From NCBI GenBank assembly GCA_048940445.1, contig JBHLON010000029.1, forward strand, positions 1 through 43,352: DNA of 43,352 nucleotides, written 5' to 3'. Source of the stretch: Promethearchaeota archaeon (GTDB taxonomy: Archaea; Asgardarchaeota; Lokiarchaeia; Sigyniarchaeales; SOKP01). Below, one piece after another: positions 20,486 to 29,941 of this stretch. Under the pieces are notes generated by a model. The model searched no databases. It was given only the letters and a program-made list of their open reading frames with translations, and was not told the DNA's origin. A program made the position numbers and the translations under genes. The stretch's first letter is position 1; each line of letters begins with the position of its first letter.

Positions 20486-21478
20486 GTGACAAGTATGGTT
20501 TTGTTTAAAGAATTAGGTCTCTCTAATACTAAAAAAATGTTCGAAATAGCTTTAGAGAAAAAGTTTGCCATTCCTGGTTACAATGTCAGTAATCTAGAGC
20601 AAATCCAAGCGGTAACAATAGGTTGTTGTGAAACAAATTCCCCCGTAATATTTCAAATTAATCCTAGATCGCTTAAGTATGCAAATGCGACCATTCTTAG
20701 ATATTTAGGGAAAGGAATTACTGAAATGGTAAAAGAGCTGGGTTATGAGATTCCAATTACACTACATTTAGACCATGGAACTTCTTTTGATTTATGTAAA
20801 TCTTGCATAGAAAACGGATTTTCAAGTGTAATGATTGATGGTAGTCATTTAAATTATGAAGAAAATATCTCAATTACGAGACAGGTTGTAAATTTTGCTC
20901 GGGAAAGAGATGTAAGTGTTGAAGCTGAATTAGGCGTCGTAAGCAGACCAGATAGCAAACAAAAAAGAAATAACCCCCAATTCACTGATCCTCTGAAAGT
21001 CGAAGATTTTGTAAATAGGACAGAATGTGATTCCTTAGCTATAGCCATTGGAACTTTTCATGGGGCTTATAAGTTTAAAGTAAAAGACGAAAGCGAGATA
21101 CCAGAGCTCAGATTTGACATTCTTCAAGAAATAAGGAAAATTCTGGGCAAATTCCCTATTGTACTCCATGGAGCCTCCTCTGTTTTAAAGCAATCAATTG
21201 ATTTAATAAATACTTATGGTGGTGCAATTAAAAAAGCTTTTGGAGTCCCAGAATATCAGTTGAAAAAGGCAACTAAATATGGAGTATGCAAAATCAATAT
21301 CGCTACTGATAGTCGTTTACTATTTACTAGTATGGTAAGAAAGCATTTATTTGAACATCCAGATCATTTTGATCCTAGACAATATCTGGGTCTAGCTCGA
21401 CAAAAATTGATTGAGATGGTAAAGAGAAAAAATAAAGAAGTATTAGGTTCGAATGATCAAGCAAAATATATTATATAA
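20486..21478 (+). CDS. fba: class II fructose-1,6-bisphosphate aldolase
   Basis: LHLDHG, GFSSVMIDGS, VEAELG, AIGTFHGAYK, VLHGASS, KINIATD, FDPRQYL. Confidence 0.93.
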   Translation: MTSMVLFKELGLSNTKKMFEIALEKKFAIPGYNVSNLEQIQAVTIGCCETNSPVIFQINPRSLKYANATILRYLGKGITEMVKELGYEIPITLHLDHGTSFDLCKSCIENGFSSVMIDGSHLNYEENISITRQVVNFARERDVSVEAELGVVSRPDSKQKRNNPQFTDPLKVEDFVNRTECDSLAIAIGTFHGAYKFKVKDESEIPELRFDILQEIRKILGKFPIVLHGASSVLKQSIDLINTYGGAIKKAFGVPEYQLKKATKYGVCKINIATDSRLLFTSMVRKHLFEHPDHFDPRQYLGLARQKLIEMVKRKNKEVLGSNDQAKYII

Positions 21479-21487
21479 ACTATATTG

Positions 21488-21757
21488 CTAGCCTTTTCTA
21501 TAGATGATTCCTGTACCCCCTCGTGGATATTGGAATTTAATCGCTCCAACCTCACATACATGGTAACAGGCAGCACATTCTAAACATTTTTCTTTATAAT
21601 CGTCGGATATATAAATCATATTATCCTTTTTATACCATAGATTAACTAGACACACTTGAAGACATTTATCACATTTATTGCACTTATTCTTATCAATCGA
21701 GATGAAATCGCCTGTTCCTGGAATATGTTCCGTCAAATTTTCAATTAATATCTTCAA
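21488..21757 (-). CDS. FixX-like ferredoxin
   Basis: CNKCDKCLQVC and CLECAACYHVC...YPRGGTGIIYRKG; 4-nt overlap with the upstream flavoprotein. Confidence 0.88.
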   Translation of the reverse strand: MKILIENLTEHIPGTGDFISIDKNKCNKCDKCLQVCLVNLWYKKDNMIYISDDYKEKCLECAACYHVCEVGAIKFQYPRGGTGIIYRKG

Positions 21758-23160
21758 ATATTTTCCCTCCTTAACTTTTTTTTCTTTGGAAGTAGATCCA
21801 TAATTTTTGGGATTGCTGTCATCAACTTCTGTGGATCCATTATCTTGTCAAGATCGTCTTCAAAAATTTTCGCAACAAGGGGAAACACATACTTCATGAT
21901 AAACGGTAAGGCTTGTGGCATATACGATTTAATATGAGCAGCAATTTGGCGAACTCGTTTTGCATGTGGTTGAGACCAATCATAAATTCCTCCCATAACT
22001 TCCATAAACATTGGTATAAACCAGCTCATCGTCTCCTTGGGGCTAAAAGGCATTGCTTTCCAAATATTATATAGTTCTTCTCCTGTTTCAAATTCCTCTC
22101 CGATACTGGTTCTTTTCCATAATTGATCAAATTTAGAGAGTTTAGTTTTTGAATAATCTTCTGAACTAATTGCATCAGCTGCAACTTCTGCTGCAATTTT
22201 CCCAGTTACCATAGCTGGATAAATTCCTTCAGCTTCAAGTGGACAAGGAAATCCTCCAGCATCTCCAACAAGTATAATATTATGGGAATGTGTATTATAA
22301 GGATATTTTAACCAAGGTAAAAGGTGGGATTGCAATTCTCTTGGTTTAGCTTCCAATATTTTTAATAACCTCTGATAATACTTTAATCCAATAACACGGT
22401 TTAAATAAAATAACGGGTTTTTATCCCATTTATCCAACCAATTTCCCAAACCTTGATGAAACCCATCATGAAAAAATACTTGATAAGATGCGGGAAATAT
22501 TGCTGACCACCAAACAGCAAGTGCTTCATCTCCCATAATATCGTCAATTTTATTAGAAGGAGAACTGAAATCATATTGTGGTACTATTGTGATTTGTTCT
22601 AAAGCCCATTTTGTCCGTAAACCGCTCTTTCTAGCTACTATTGAGACAGCACCATCCGCTCCAATAACAATTGGAGAATTGTATTTTACTCCGTTCTCAT
22701 CAATAACGCCACAAATCTTACCCTCTTCTTTTAAAAGATCAACAATCAACGTAGAAGTTTTTAATTCAGCACCTGCATTAGTAGCAAATTCTGCTAGCCA
22801 AGGATCAAACTCACTTCTATAACAATTCATTGTAATCCAACTTTTAGCGGGTTCATAAGATACGGATTCAGTAGGTCGCGTCATGATATAACCAGCTACT
22901 TCTCCATCATTATTGATGAAATAATTTCGAGCAGCAGCTCCAGCTCTTAGAGAGGGACATTTTTCAGGAGTTAGATCCTTCATCATCTCTGGAAACTCCT
23001 TCCACATACGTGGTCCTAACCCGCAACCGGAAGAATTTTTTTCGCCAGGTTTACGCCCCCTTTCAAAAAATATAACTTTGAACCCTTTTTCCGCAGCAAT
23101 TTTTGCAGTCATAGAACCTCCAGGTCCAGCACCAACAATTATTATGTCAAAATTTTTCAA
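21754..23160 (-). CDS. FixC / geranylgeranyl-reductase family FAD oxidoreductase
   Basis: IVGAGPGG, ERGRKPGEKNSSG, RSEFDPWLA, GADG, LVGDAGG...EGIYPAMVTG. Confidence 0.85.
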   Translation of the reverse strand: MKNFDIIIVGAGPGGSMTAKIAAEKGFKVIFFERGRKPGEKNSSGCGLGPRMWKEFPEMMKDLTPEKCPSLRAGAAARNYFINNDGEVAGYIMTRPTESVSYEPAKSWITMNCYRSEFDPWLAEFATNAGAELKTSTLIVDLLKEEGKICGVIDENGVKYNSPIVIGADGAVSIVARKSGLRTKWALEQITIVPQYDFSSPSNKIDDIMGDEALAVWWSAIFPASYQVFFHDGFHQGLGNWLDKWDKNPLFYLNRVIGLKYYQRLLKILEAKPRELQSHLLPWLKYPYNTHSHNIILVGDAGGFPCPLEAEGIYPAMVTGKIAAEVAADAISSEDYSKTKLSKFDQLWKRTSIGEEFETGEELYNIWKAMPFSPKETMSWFIPMFMEVMGGIYDWSQPHAKRVRQIAAHIKSYMPQALPFIMKYVFPLVAKIFEDDLDKIMDPQKLMTAIPKIMDLLPKKKKLRRENI

Positions 23161-23288
23161 TTTTTCACCCGATATTTTTTATATAAAGAAAGATGGATAT
23201 TAACCCTATTTAAAGATAACTTAATTATGTTAATCAAAACATCTTTAAAGATTAAAAAATTGTAGATATTTACTATGCTAAAGGGGAT

Positions 23289-24761
23289 ATGATGGGATTG
23301 AATGACAAAAGTTTGCTTCAAAAATTAATAAATATCTGTGGATCAAAAAACATCAGTTATGATAAAGAGATTTTGGAAAAATATTCTAAGGATATGAGCT
23401 TTTTACAGGGAACAATTCCAAATTTAGTGGTTTGGCCATTCAAAACTGAACAAGTACAAAAAATTCTTGAATTAGCAAATAAAATGAAGTTTGCAGTTAT
23501 TCCTATAAGTTCTAGTTCTAAACTTAGACATCATGGAGATACCATTCCAAGGAAAGAAAATAGTATCGTTATCGATTTATCTAAAATGAAAAAAATAATT
23601 TCTATTGATAAGAAAAATAGAGTTGTGATGATTGAACCCGGCGTTACATTTGAAGAACTGATCCCTAAATTGGAAAAAGAAGGATTAAAATTGTTATTGC
23701 CGCTGTATCCTAAAAATACAAAATCAGTACTTACAAGTGCACTTGAAAGAGAACCAATCACTATTCCCCGTTATCACTGGGATAGTTCAGATCCATTATT
23801 ATGTACCGAAGTAGTTTTTGGAACAGGAGATCTATTTAGAACAGGTACAGCTGCAGGGCCAGGAACAATCAAACAGCAAAAAAAGTCAGGACAAGCATTC
23901 GTAAACCCTATGGGCCCTACTCAGTTTAGTCCATTTCGATTAATTCAAGGAGCACAAGGAAGTTTGGGAATTGTGACATGGGCTACTTTAAAGTTAGAAT
24001 ATTCTCCCACGATTCAGAAAACATATCATTTCCAATCGAAAAGCATTACAGAGTTATTAGAATTTCAATACGAATTGCTCAAATATCGATTATGTGACGA
24101 ATTGTTCATTATAAATAATCTTAATTTAGCTTGTTTGGTAAAACAACGTCCTAATGAAATTAAACTTTTAGCTGAACATTTAGATAATTGGAATTTAATT
24201 TATGTCTTATCTGGGAGAGGTAGATTATCACATGATAAAATCTCCTACCTTGAAGATGATATTAACGATATCTTGAAAAAAAAAGAACATCTTATTTCAA
24301 AAAATGATGACTTAATTGAAGAACAGGCTCTCTTGAAAGTTTTAAGTCAAGCTGACTCAAATGCTTGGAGATTAAGATTAACCGGAGGGTATCAAGATAT
24401 ATTCTTTTTATCAAGTCTTGAAAGAATACCTATTTTAACTACTCTAGTTAAAGAACAACTCCCATTGGATTTAGGCGTGTATTTTCAGCCCATAAATCAA
24501 GGAACATCATACCACTGTGAATTTGATATCTATTATGATCCAAGCGATATTAAGTTATTAGATATTCTTAAAGACAAAATCTTAGAAGTTAGTAATCAAT
24601 TAATAGAACAAGGCGCTTTTTTTAATAGACCATATGGGATATTAGCAAATAAAGTATATAGTCATCATAGCGAAGAGACTATTAATGCCTTAAAGAAAGT
24701 AAAGAACATTTTCGATCCAAATAATGTATTAAATCCGGGGGTATTATGTTATGACAATTGA
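23289..24761 (+). CDS. FAD-binding oxidoreductase (VAO/PCMH, GlcD/E-like)
   Basis: PNLVVWP, IDLSKMKKI, EPGVTF, GAQGSLGIVT, FDPNNVLNPG. Confidence 0.85.
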   Translation: MMGLNDKSLLQKLINICGSKNISYDKEILEKYSKDMSFLQGTIPNLVVWPFKTEQVQKILELANKMKFAVIPISSSSKLRHHGDTIPRKENSIVIDLSKMKKIISIDKKNRVVMIEPGVTFEELIPKLEKEGLKLLLPLYPKNTKSVLTSALEREPITIPRYHWDSSDPLLCTEVVFGTGDLFRTGTAAGPGTIKQQKKSGQAFVNPMGPTQFSPFRLIQGAQGSLGIVTWATLKLEYSPTIQKTYHFQSKSITELLEFQYELLKYRLCDELFIINNLNLACLVKQRPNEIKLLAEHLDNWNLIYVLSGRGRLSHDKISYLEDDINDILKKKEHLISKNDDLIEEQALLKVLSQADSNAWRLRLTGGYQDIFFLSSLERIPILTTLVKEQLPLDLGVYFQPINQGTSYHCEFDIYYDPSDIKLLDILKDKILEVSNQLIEQGAFFNRPYGILANKVYSHHSEETINALKKVKNIFDPNNVLNPGVLCYDN

Positions 24762-26067
24762 GCATTTTAGTGAACAAGATTATCAACGGATGATAAAACG
24801 TTGTGTGCGTTGTTCAGTATGCAAATGGATACCCCAAGTGCAAATAAAAAGTCAAAAATATGCTTCAGGCTGTCCCGCAATTGATATATACAATTTTCAC
24901 ACTTATAGTGGGGGAGGGAAAATTATTCTAGCGCTTGCTTATGAGATGGGGCGTATTAAACCAACTAAAGATTTGCGTGATATAGTCTATAAATGCACAG
25001 AATGTGGGAGTTGCGATATTACTTGTAAGTATATGAATACTTTGGAACCACTGGAGATAATTATGAAACTAAGAGAGAAACTAGTGAAAATTGGTTGTGG
25101 ACCTATGCCTGAACAAAAAGTATACATTAAAGCTGTGAAAGAACTTAATAATCCTTATAACGAACCACATGAACTAAGGTTGGATTGGTTACCTGATGAT
25201 ATTGAACTCGATCCAAATGCAAAAATACTATATTATGTTGGATGCACTTCTTCTTATAGGAGAAGAGAAATTGCGATAGCAACAGCTCGCATTATGAATA
25301 AAGCTGGTATAGCCTTTAACATTTTGAAAGATGAAATTTGTTGCGGAAGTCCTATATTACGAATTGGAGATGTAAATACATTTGAGGATATTCTCAATAA
25401 AAATCTTGATTTAATTGAATCTAAAGCGATAGATACAATCGTTTTCAGTTGCGCAGGGTGTTATGATACGTTTAAAGTAGATTATTCTTTACGTAGAGAT
25501 TATAATCTCAAGATTTTGCATATAACAGAACTTTTTAATGAATTAATCGAATCTGGACAACTAAAACTAACTGTAAATGTTCCGCTTAAGGTAACCTATC
25601 ATGATCCTTGTCATCTAGGTAGAAATGCTGAAAGATATGAGGAATGGGATGGTGATCAAGTTCAACTAATGCCATTAGTTTCTATAAATGTCCCCCCTAA
25701 ACCTAAAAGGATGGGTGCTAAAGGTGTTTATGATGCCCCAAGAAATATTCTCCATAAGATCCCTGATTTAGAATTTGTTGAAATGGAGCGAATTCAGGAG
25801 TATTCTTATTGTTGCGGGGCTGGAGCAGGAGTAAAATCGGCTTTTCCTGACATGGCTCTCAAAACAGCAAAATTGAGGATTGAAGAGGCTGAAGATTCAG
25901 GTGCTAATATCTTAGTGTCAGTATGCCCATTTTGTTCAACAAATTTTCAAGATGCAATCCTAAATTATGATTCTAAATTAAAATACATCGATATTAGTGA
26001 ATTAATTCTAATGGCAATGGGTATGGATACTGAAAAATTAAACCAATTAAAAATTAAGGAGATATAA
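24751..26067 (+). CDS. Fe-S oxidoreductase with two CCG domains (GlcF/GlpC/HdrD-like)
   Basis: CVRCSVC, CTECGSCDITC, YVGC, EICCG, CAGC, YHDPCHLGR, CCGAGAG, CPFC. Confidence 0.9.
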   Translation: MTIEHFSEQDYQRMIKRCVRCSVCKWIPQVQIKSQKYASGCPAIDIYNFHTYSGGGKIILALAYEMGRIKPTKDLRDIVYKCTECGSCDITCKYMNTLEPLEIIMKLREKLVKIGCGPMPEQKVYIKAVKELNNPYNEPHELRLDWLPDDIELDPNAKILYYVGCTSSYRRREIAIATARIMNKAGIAFNILKDEICCGSPILRIGDVNTFEDILNKNLDLIESKAIDTIVFSCAGCYDTFKVDYSLRRDYNLKILHITELFNELIESGQLKLTVNVPLKVTYHDPCHLGRNAERYEEWDGDQVQLMPLVSINVPPKPKRMGAKGVYDAPRNILHKIPDLEFVEMERIQEYSYCCGAGAGVKSAFPDMALKTAKLRIEEAEDSGANILVSVCPFCSTNFQDAILNYDSKLKYIDISELILMAMGMDTEKLNQLKIKEI

Positions 26068-26070
26068 AAA

Positions 26071-27660
26071 ATGCTAGAACCAGAAATTCTAAAAGAGTTT
26101 CAGAGAGTAGTTGGTGTTGAAAATATTGATGATAGTGAAGTAATGACTAATGCTTATGCTTTTAATTGGTGTATAGAATTTGTAAATTATATGGAAGGCA
26201 AAGATCCTATTCCATTCTCTCCTGTACCCAAAGCAGTAATATTACCCTCTAGTACTCAAGAAGTTCGCCAAATTGTTCAACTTTGTAACAAATATAGAAT
26301 ACTATTCAAAGCCCAAAGTACTGGTCTTGGTCCGTGGAATCAACCTTCTACCAATAATTCAGTAATACTTGATTTGCGAAGAATGAATAAGATTGTAAAA
26401 ATAGATATAAAAAATCTTTATGCTGTAATTGAACCGTATGTTAGTGGATCCCAACTCCAAGCAGAAGTAATGAAATTTGGGTTAAATATTCATATGCCGG
26501 GTGCTGGTCCAATGACCTCACCTCTTGCCAGCCACACTTCAATGGCAGGTCCAGGATTTACTTCTCCTCAGACTGGACATAGTGCTAGAAATGTTTTAGG
26601 TACTGAATGGGTTTTACCAACTGGAGAAATTCTAAGGTTAGGTTCAATTGGGTTAAAAAGCAACCCTGATTGGTTTTCAGGAGATGGTCCAGGTCCTAGT
26701 TTAAGAGGAATTATGAGAGGGTGGTTAGGAACAAAATCTGGTCTTGGAGTATTTACCAAGGTAGCAATAAAGCTTTTCCCATATCCGTGTAATTCGAAAT
26801 TTATAGCACGAGGACATGCTCCCATGTATGATTTTGAAATACCAGAATTTATTAGGGCTTATGTTGTAGATTGCAAGAATTTTAGTAATCTAGAGAAAGT
26901 ATATTTAAGGATTGAACAAGAAGAAATTGCGTTTATTTGCAGTCATATGTCTAATTTTGCTATAATGGCCATATTCTCTTATACTTTGGAAAGCCTAATT
27001 GATAAAATTGCATTTGGGGGTATGAAAAGGCCGCTATTAATTGTTATAGCAGCCCGAACTAACCGTGAATTTAGCTATAAGCAGAAAGTTATGGATCTCT
27101 TATTGGAAGAATTAAATTTACGAAATATTATTGGAACTAAATATAATCCCCCTCCTATATTTTATGCTGAATGTCTCCGTGCTAATCTTGGGTATCATGG
27201 TTTTATAGCTACAGGAGGTTTTCAATCAGCAAAAGGTCAATGTGATGCTGCAGCACTATGTCTTCAAACTGAAAAGAAAAATATTCCCGTAAAGCAAAAA
27301 TATATTAAGAGAGAAGTGATTGCAAACGATTTTGGGGAAGGTGCATGGATGACGTCATATGAATCAGGCCATTTTTTCCATATGGAAGTACCTACATTTT
27401 ATGATCAGACAAATTTAGAAAGTGTTAAAGGAATGGCAGAATATATGGAAGTAAGCAATCAAGTTGACTTACTTAAACATTTGGGAGTTCCATTTTTTAT
27501 AGAAGGGGATAAACTACATGATGAGTGGGGTCCATATCTGATGAATCATAATAAATGGCTACGAAAAATAAAAGAAAATTTTGATCCAAATGGTGTTTCT
27601 GATTCTGGATTTTATATTTCAGGAAACAAAAACGGTGAACAAAATAATAATGACTTTTAA
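26071..27660 (+). CDS. second FAD-binding oxidoreductase (VAO/PCMH family)
   Basis: PKAVILPSST, STG.G, LDLRRMNKI, IEPYV, EWVLPTGEILRLGS, GLGVFTK, FDPNG. Confidence 0.85.
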   Translation: MLEPEILKEFQRVVGVENIDDSEVMTNAYAFNWCIEFVNYMEGKDPIPFSPVPKAVILPSSTQEVRQIVQLCNKYRILFKAQSTGLGPWNQPSTNNSVILDLRRMNKIVKIDIKNLYAVIEPYVSGSQLQAEVMKFGLNIHMPGAGPMTSPLASHTSMAGPGFTSPQTGHSARNVLGTEWVLPTGEILRLGSIGLKSNPDWFSGDGPGPSLRGIMRGWLGTKSGLGVFTKVAIKLFPYPCNSKFIARGHAPMYDFEIPEFIRAYVVDCKNFSNLEKVYLRIEQEEIAFICSHMSNFAIMAIFSYTLESLIDKIAFGGMKRPLLIVIAARTNREFSYKQKVMDLLLEELNLRNIIGTKYNPPPIFYAECLRANLGYHGFIATGGFQSAKGQCDAAALCLQTEKKNIPVKQKYIKREVIANDFGEGAWMTSYESGHFFHMEVPTFYDQTNLESVKGMAEYMEVSNQVDLLKHLGVPFFIEGDKLHDEWGPYLMNHNKWLRKIKENFDPNGVSDSGFYISGNKNGEQNNNDF

Positions 27661-28042
27661 TAAACAAAGAGGTTTTGCAGGACTTTTGGCTAATATAATG
27701 ATGCCATTAAATGATAACCCTAAATTTAAAGATAAATTTAAAAATACGAATCGCAAAGTCCTTATAAATCCTACAAATTTAAACTATGCTGCGTTATTAA
27801 TAATTGATAATAGTAAATTACAGATTGAAAGCATTCCAAATAAACCAAAATCTAATTTAAACAGGAATTCGATAGGATGGGATGCTTATATTTCAATGGA
27901 TACACAACTTTTTCTGAGTCTTGCAATGAAAAGATTAACAATGCTAAAACTCTCATTGAAGATAATTTCAGGTAAAATAAAGATTAAAGGTATTCTTAAA
28001 CTACTTAGTATGTTAAAATTAATTAAAATTTTGACTGAATAA
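27650..28042 (+). CDS. SCP2 (sterol/lipid carrier)-like protein
   Basis: C-terminal DAYISMDTQLFLSLAM...IISGKIKIKG pattern; GGTGA SD before the ATG at 27650. Confidence 0.6.
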   Translation: MTFNKQRGFAGLLANIMMPLNDNPKFKDKFKNTNRKVLINPTNLNYAALLIIDNSKLQIESIPNKPKSNLNRNSIGWDAYISMDTQLFLSLAMKRLTMLKLSLKIISGKIKIKGILKLLSMLKLIKILTE

Positions 28043-28099
28043 ATACAATCAAAAGTTTATTTTAGCTTTAAATATTTTTTCTAATAAATTAAATTTTAA

Positions 28100-29155
28100 A
28101 TGAGTCCTATGACAGAAAAGATTAAAGAGGTTTGGTTAGGTCCTGGAAAAAAAGATGGGTACATTCGTGATTTTAAGCCAGAAAATGATGGACTTCATAT
28201 TGATATGAAAAAGAGGGGAAATTTTGAATGGTGGTATTTTGATGCACGTTTAGATAACGGATATATGGTTGTGGGGTTTTTTCGTGCTAAACACGAGCGT
28301 ACAGGAAAAACTGGAGTAGAGATTACGATTTATAACCCCAATGGAGACAAAATACAGAAAATCTATAATTATAAACGCTCAGACTTTAAAGCTTCAAAAG
28401 AAGATGCAAATGTAAAGATAGGAAATAATTTTATTAAAGTTGATTATTCAAGCCAGAAATTACCTATTTATGAAATCTTTTTAGATGAAAATGATTTCGG
28501 GATACGTTTACTTTATAAACCAAAAGTAAGAGGATGGATGCCTGGAGAAGGCTTTACTGAATTTGGCACATTAGGGGAATTTGGATGGTCTGTAGCAATC
28601 CCCAAGGCGGAGGTTGAGGGGAAAATCAAGGTTAATGGTGAAGAAATTGCTGTAAAAGGCATTGGTTATCATGATCATAATTGGCTGACATTTAATTTGG
28701 TTCGAGTTGTACAGTATTGGTATTGGGGTCGAATATACTCAGAAAATTTCACTATAATTTACGCCTATATTAAATGCAACAAAAAAATGGATGATTATCC
28801 CATAAATATATTAATGGTTACTAAAAGTGAAGAAATTATTTTAAGTACGGGCGAATTCGAATTAATAGAAGAGAATTTTCAATACAGTGAAAAAGCAGGT
28901 AATAAATACCCACAATATTTAATGTTTAAATTATCAGAACAGCAGAAGATTTCTCTTGAGGTCCAAAAAGTAATTGATGCAAATAACTTATTGTTCGAAT
29001 TAAATCCATTTGTTAGATTCCTTGCTAAAAATTTACTAAGAATTAAACCAGGCTATTTCAGATTAAATTCAAAATATCTTATCGATTTCTTTTATGATGG
29101 CAAAACATTTAAGGAAGTGGGAGATACTTTACATGAAATGGTTATAGTGAAATAA
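28100..29155 (+). CDS. CrtC/AttH-like (hydroxyneurosporene synthase / tocopherol-cyclase-like) beta-barrel protein
   Basis: FEWWYFDA, W.VAIPKAEVEGKI, GIGYHDHNW, WYWGR motifs. Confidence 0.75.
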   Translation: MSPMTEKIKEVWLGPGKKDGYIRDFKPENDGLHIDMKKRGNFEWWYFDARLDNGYMVVGFFRAKHERTGKTGVEITIYNPNGDKIQKIYNYKRSDFKASKEDANVKIGNNFIKVDYSSQKLPIYEIFLDENDFGIRLLYKPKVRGWMPGEGFTEFGTLGEFGWSVAIPKAEVEGKIKVNGEEIAVKGIGYHDHNWLTFNLVRVVQYWYWGRIYSENFTIIYAYIKCNKKMDDYPINILMVTKSEEIILSTGEFELIEENFQYSEKAGNKYPQYLMFKLSEQQKISLEVQKVIDANNLLFELNPFVRFLAKNLLRIKPGYFRLNSKYLIDFFYDGKTFKEVGDTLHEMVIVK

Positions 29156-29170
29156 TACTCTGATTGATTT

Positions 29171-29860
29171 CTATTTTTCTGCTTTCTTTTCTAAGGCTTT
29201 TTTTGGAAAAAGTCGTTTTTTTAATTTAACAAGAGATTTATCTTCATTATATTCTAATACATCAATATTTGCTAATTCATGCACTGCTCTTAGCACCATT
29301 GCACCAGAAATTCCTGTAGTATTTTTAATCTCATCACGCGTCATTTCCTCTTTATCACCATGGAGAGTCAATAATATTCGGTAATGAGGCTGACCCTGCC
29401 ATATTTCTTGTATTAAGAGCATAGTGATGGACAATAACGCCTTAATTCTTTCGAAGTTATATTCAGACTCTTCTTGATCTTGAGCTATTTTCATAAATTT
29501 TTTCAATTCAATTTTTAAATTTTTATATTCATCTAATAATCGTAATTGTTCACCAGTTAATTCCCCAATTTTTTGCTCCTTTTCCTCTTTTTCAAACTCT
29601 AACTTGTTCTTTTCTATTTCTAATTCTCTTTTTTCTTGTTCTAAAGCTTTTTTTTCAGCTTCTAGCATTTTTGTAGCTTCTTCAAGTTGACTCTTTTCAC
29701 CTTCTAAAAGATCTTTATCTTGGCTTAATTTTGTTTTATCTCTCTCTAAAACCATTAACTCATTCTTTGCAGTCTCTAATACGTTGATAAATTGCTCAAA
29801 ATTATCTTCTACAGATTTAAGCGTTCCTTCAATTACCTCTAATGTATTTTTTTCTGACAT
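29171..29860 (-). CDS. coiled-coil protein with probable C-terminal winged helix
   Basis: LE.EK..L heptads; C-terminal MTRDEIKNTTGISGAMVLRAVHELANIDVLEY. Confidence 0.75.
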   Translation of the reverse strand: MSEKNTLEVIEGTLKSVEDNFEQFINVLETAKNELMVLERDKTKLSQDKDLLEGEKSQLEEATKMLEAEKKALEQEKRELEIEKNKLEFEKEEKEQKIGELTGEQLRLLDEYKNLKIELKKFMKIAQDQEESEYNFERIKALLSITMLLIQEIWQGQPHYRILLTLHGDKEEMTRDEIKNTTGISGAMVLRAVHELANIDVLEYNEDKSLVKLKKRLFPKKALEKKAEK

Positions 29861-29941
29861 TGGATCACAAATTTTTTTTTTCAATTAATTTTAATATATT
29901 CATTCTCTTAAAAAATGTTTTTAGTTACTGATGAAGGTAGG

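Noticed and set aside
27581-27649. ORF-track N-terminal extension of the SCP2-like gene
   Set aside because: Overlaps the upstream flavoprotein by 80 nt; the SD-supported ATG at 27650 is more plausible
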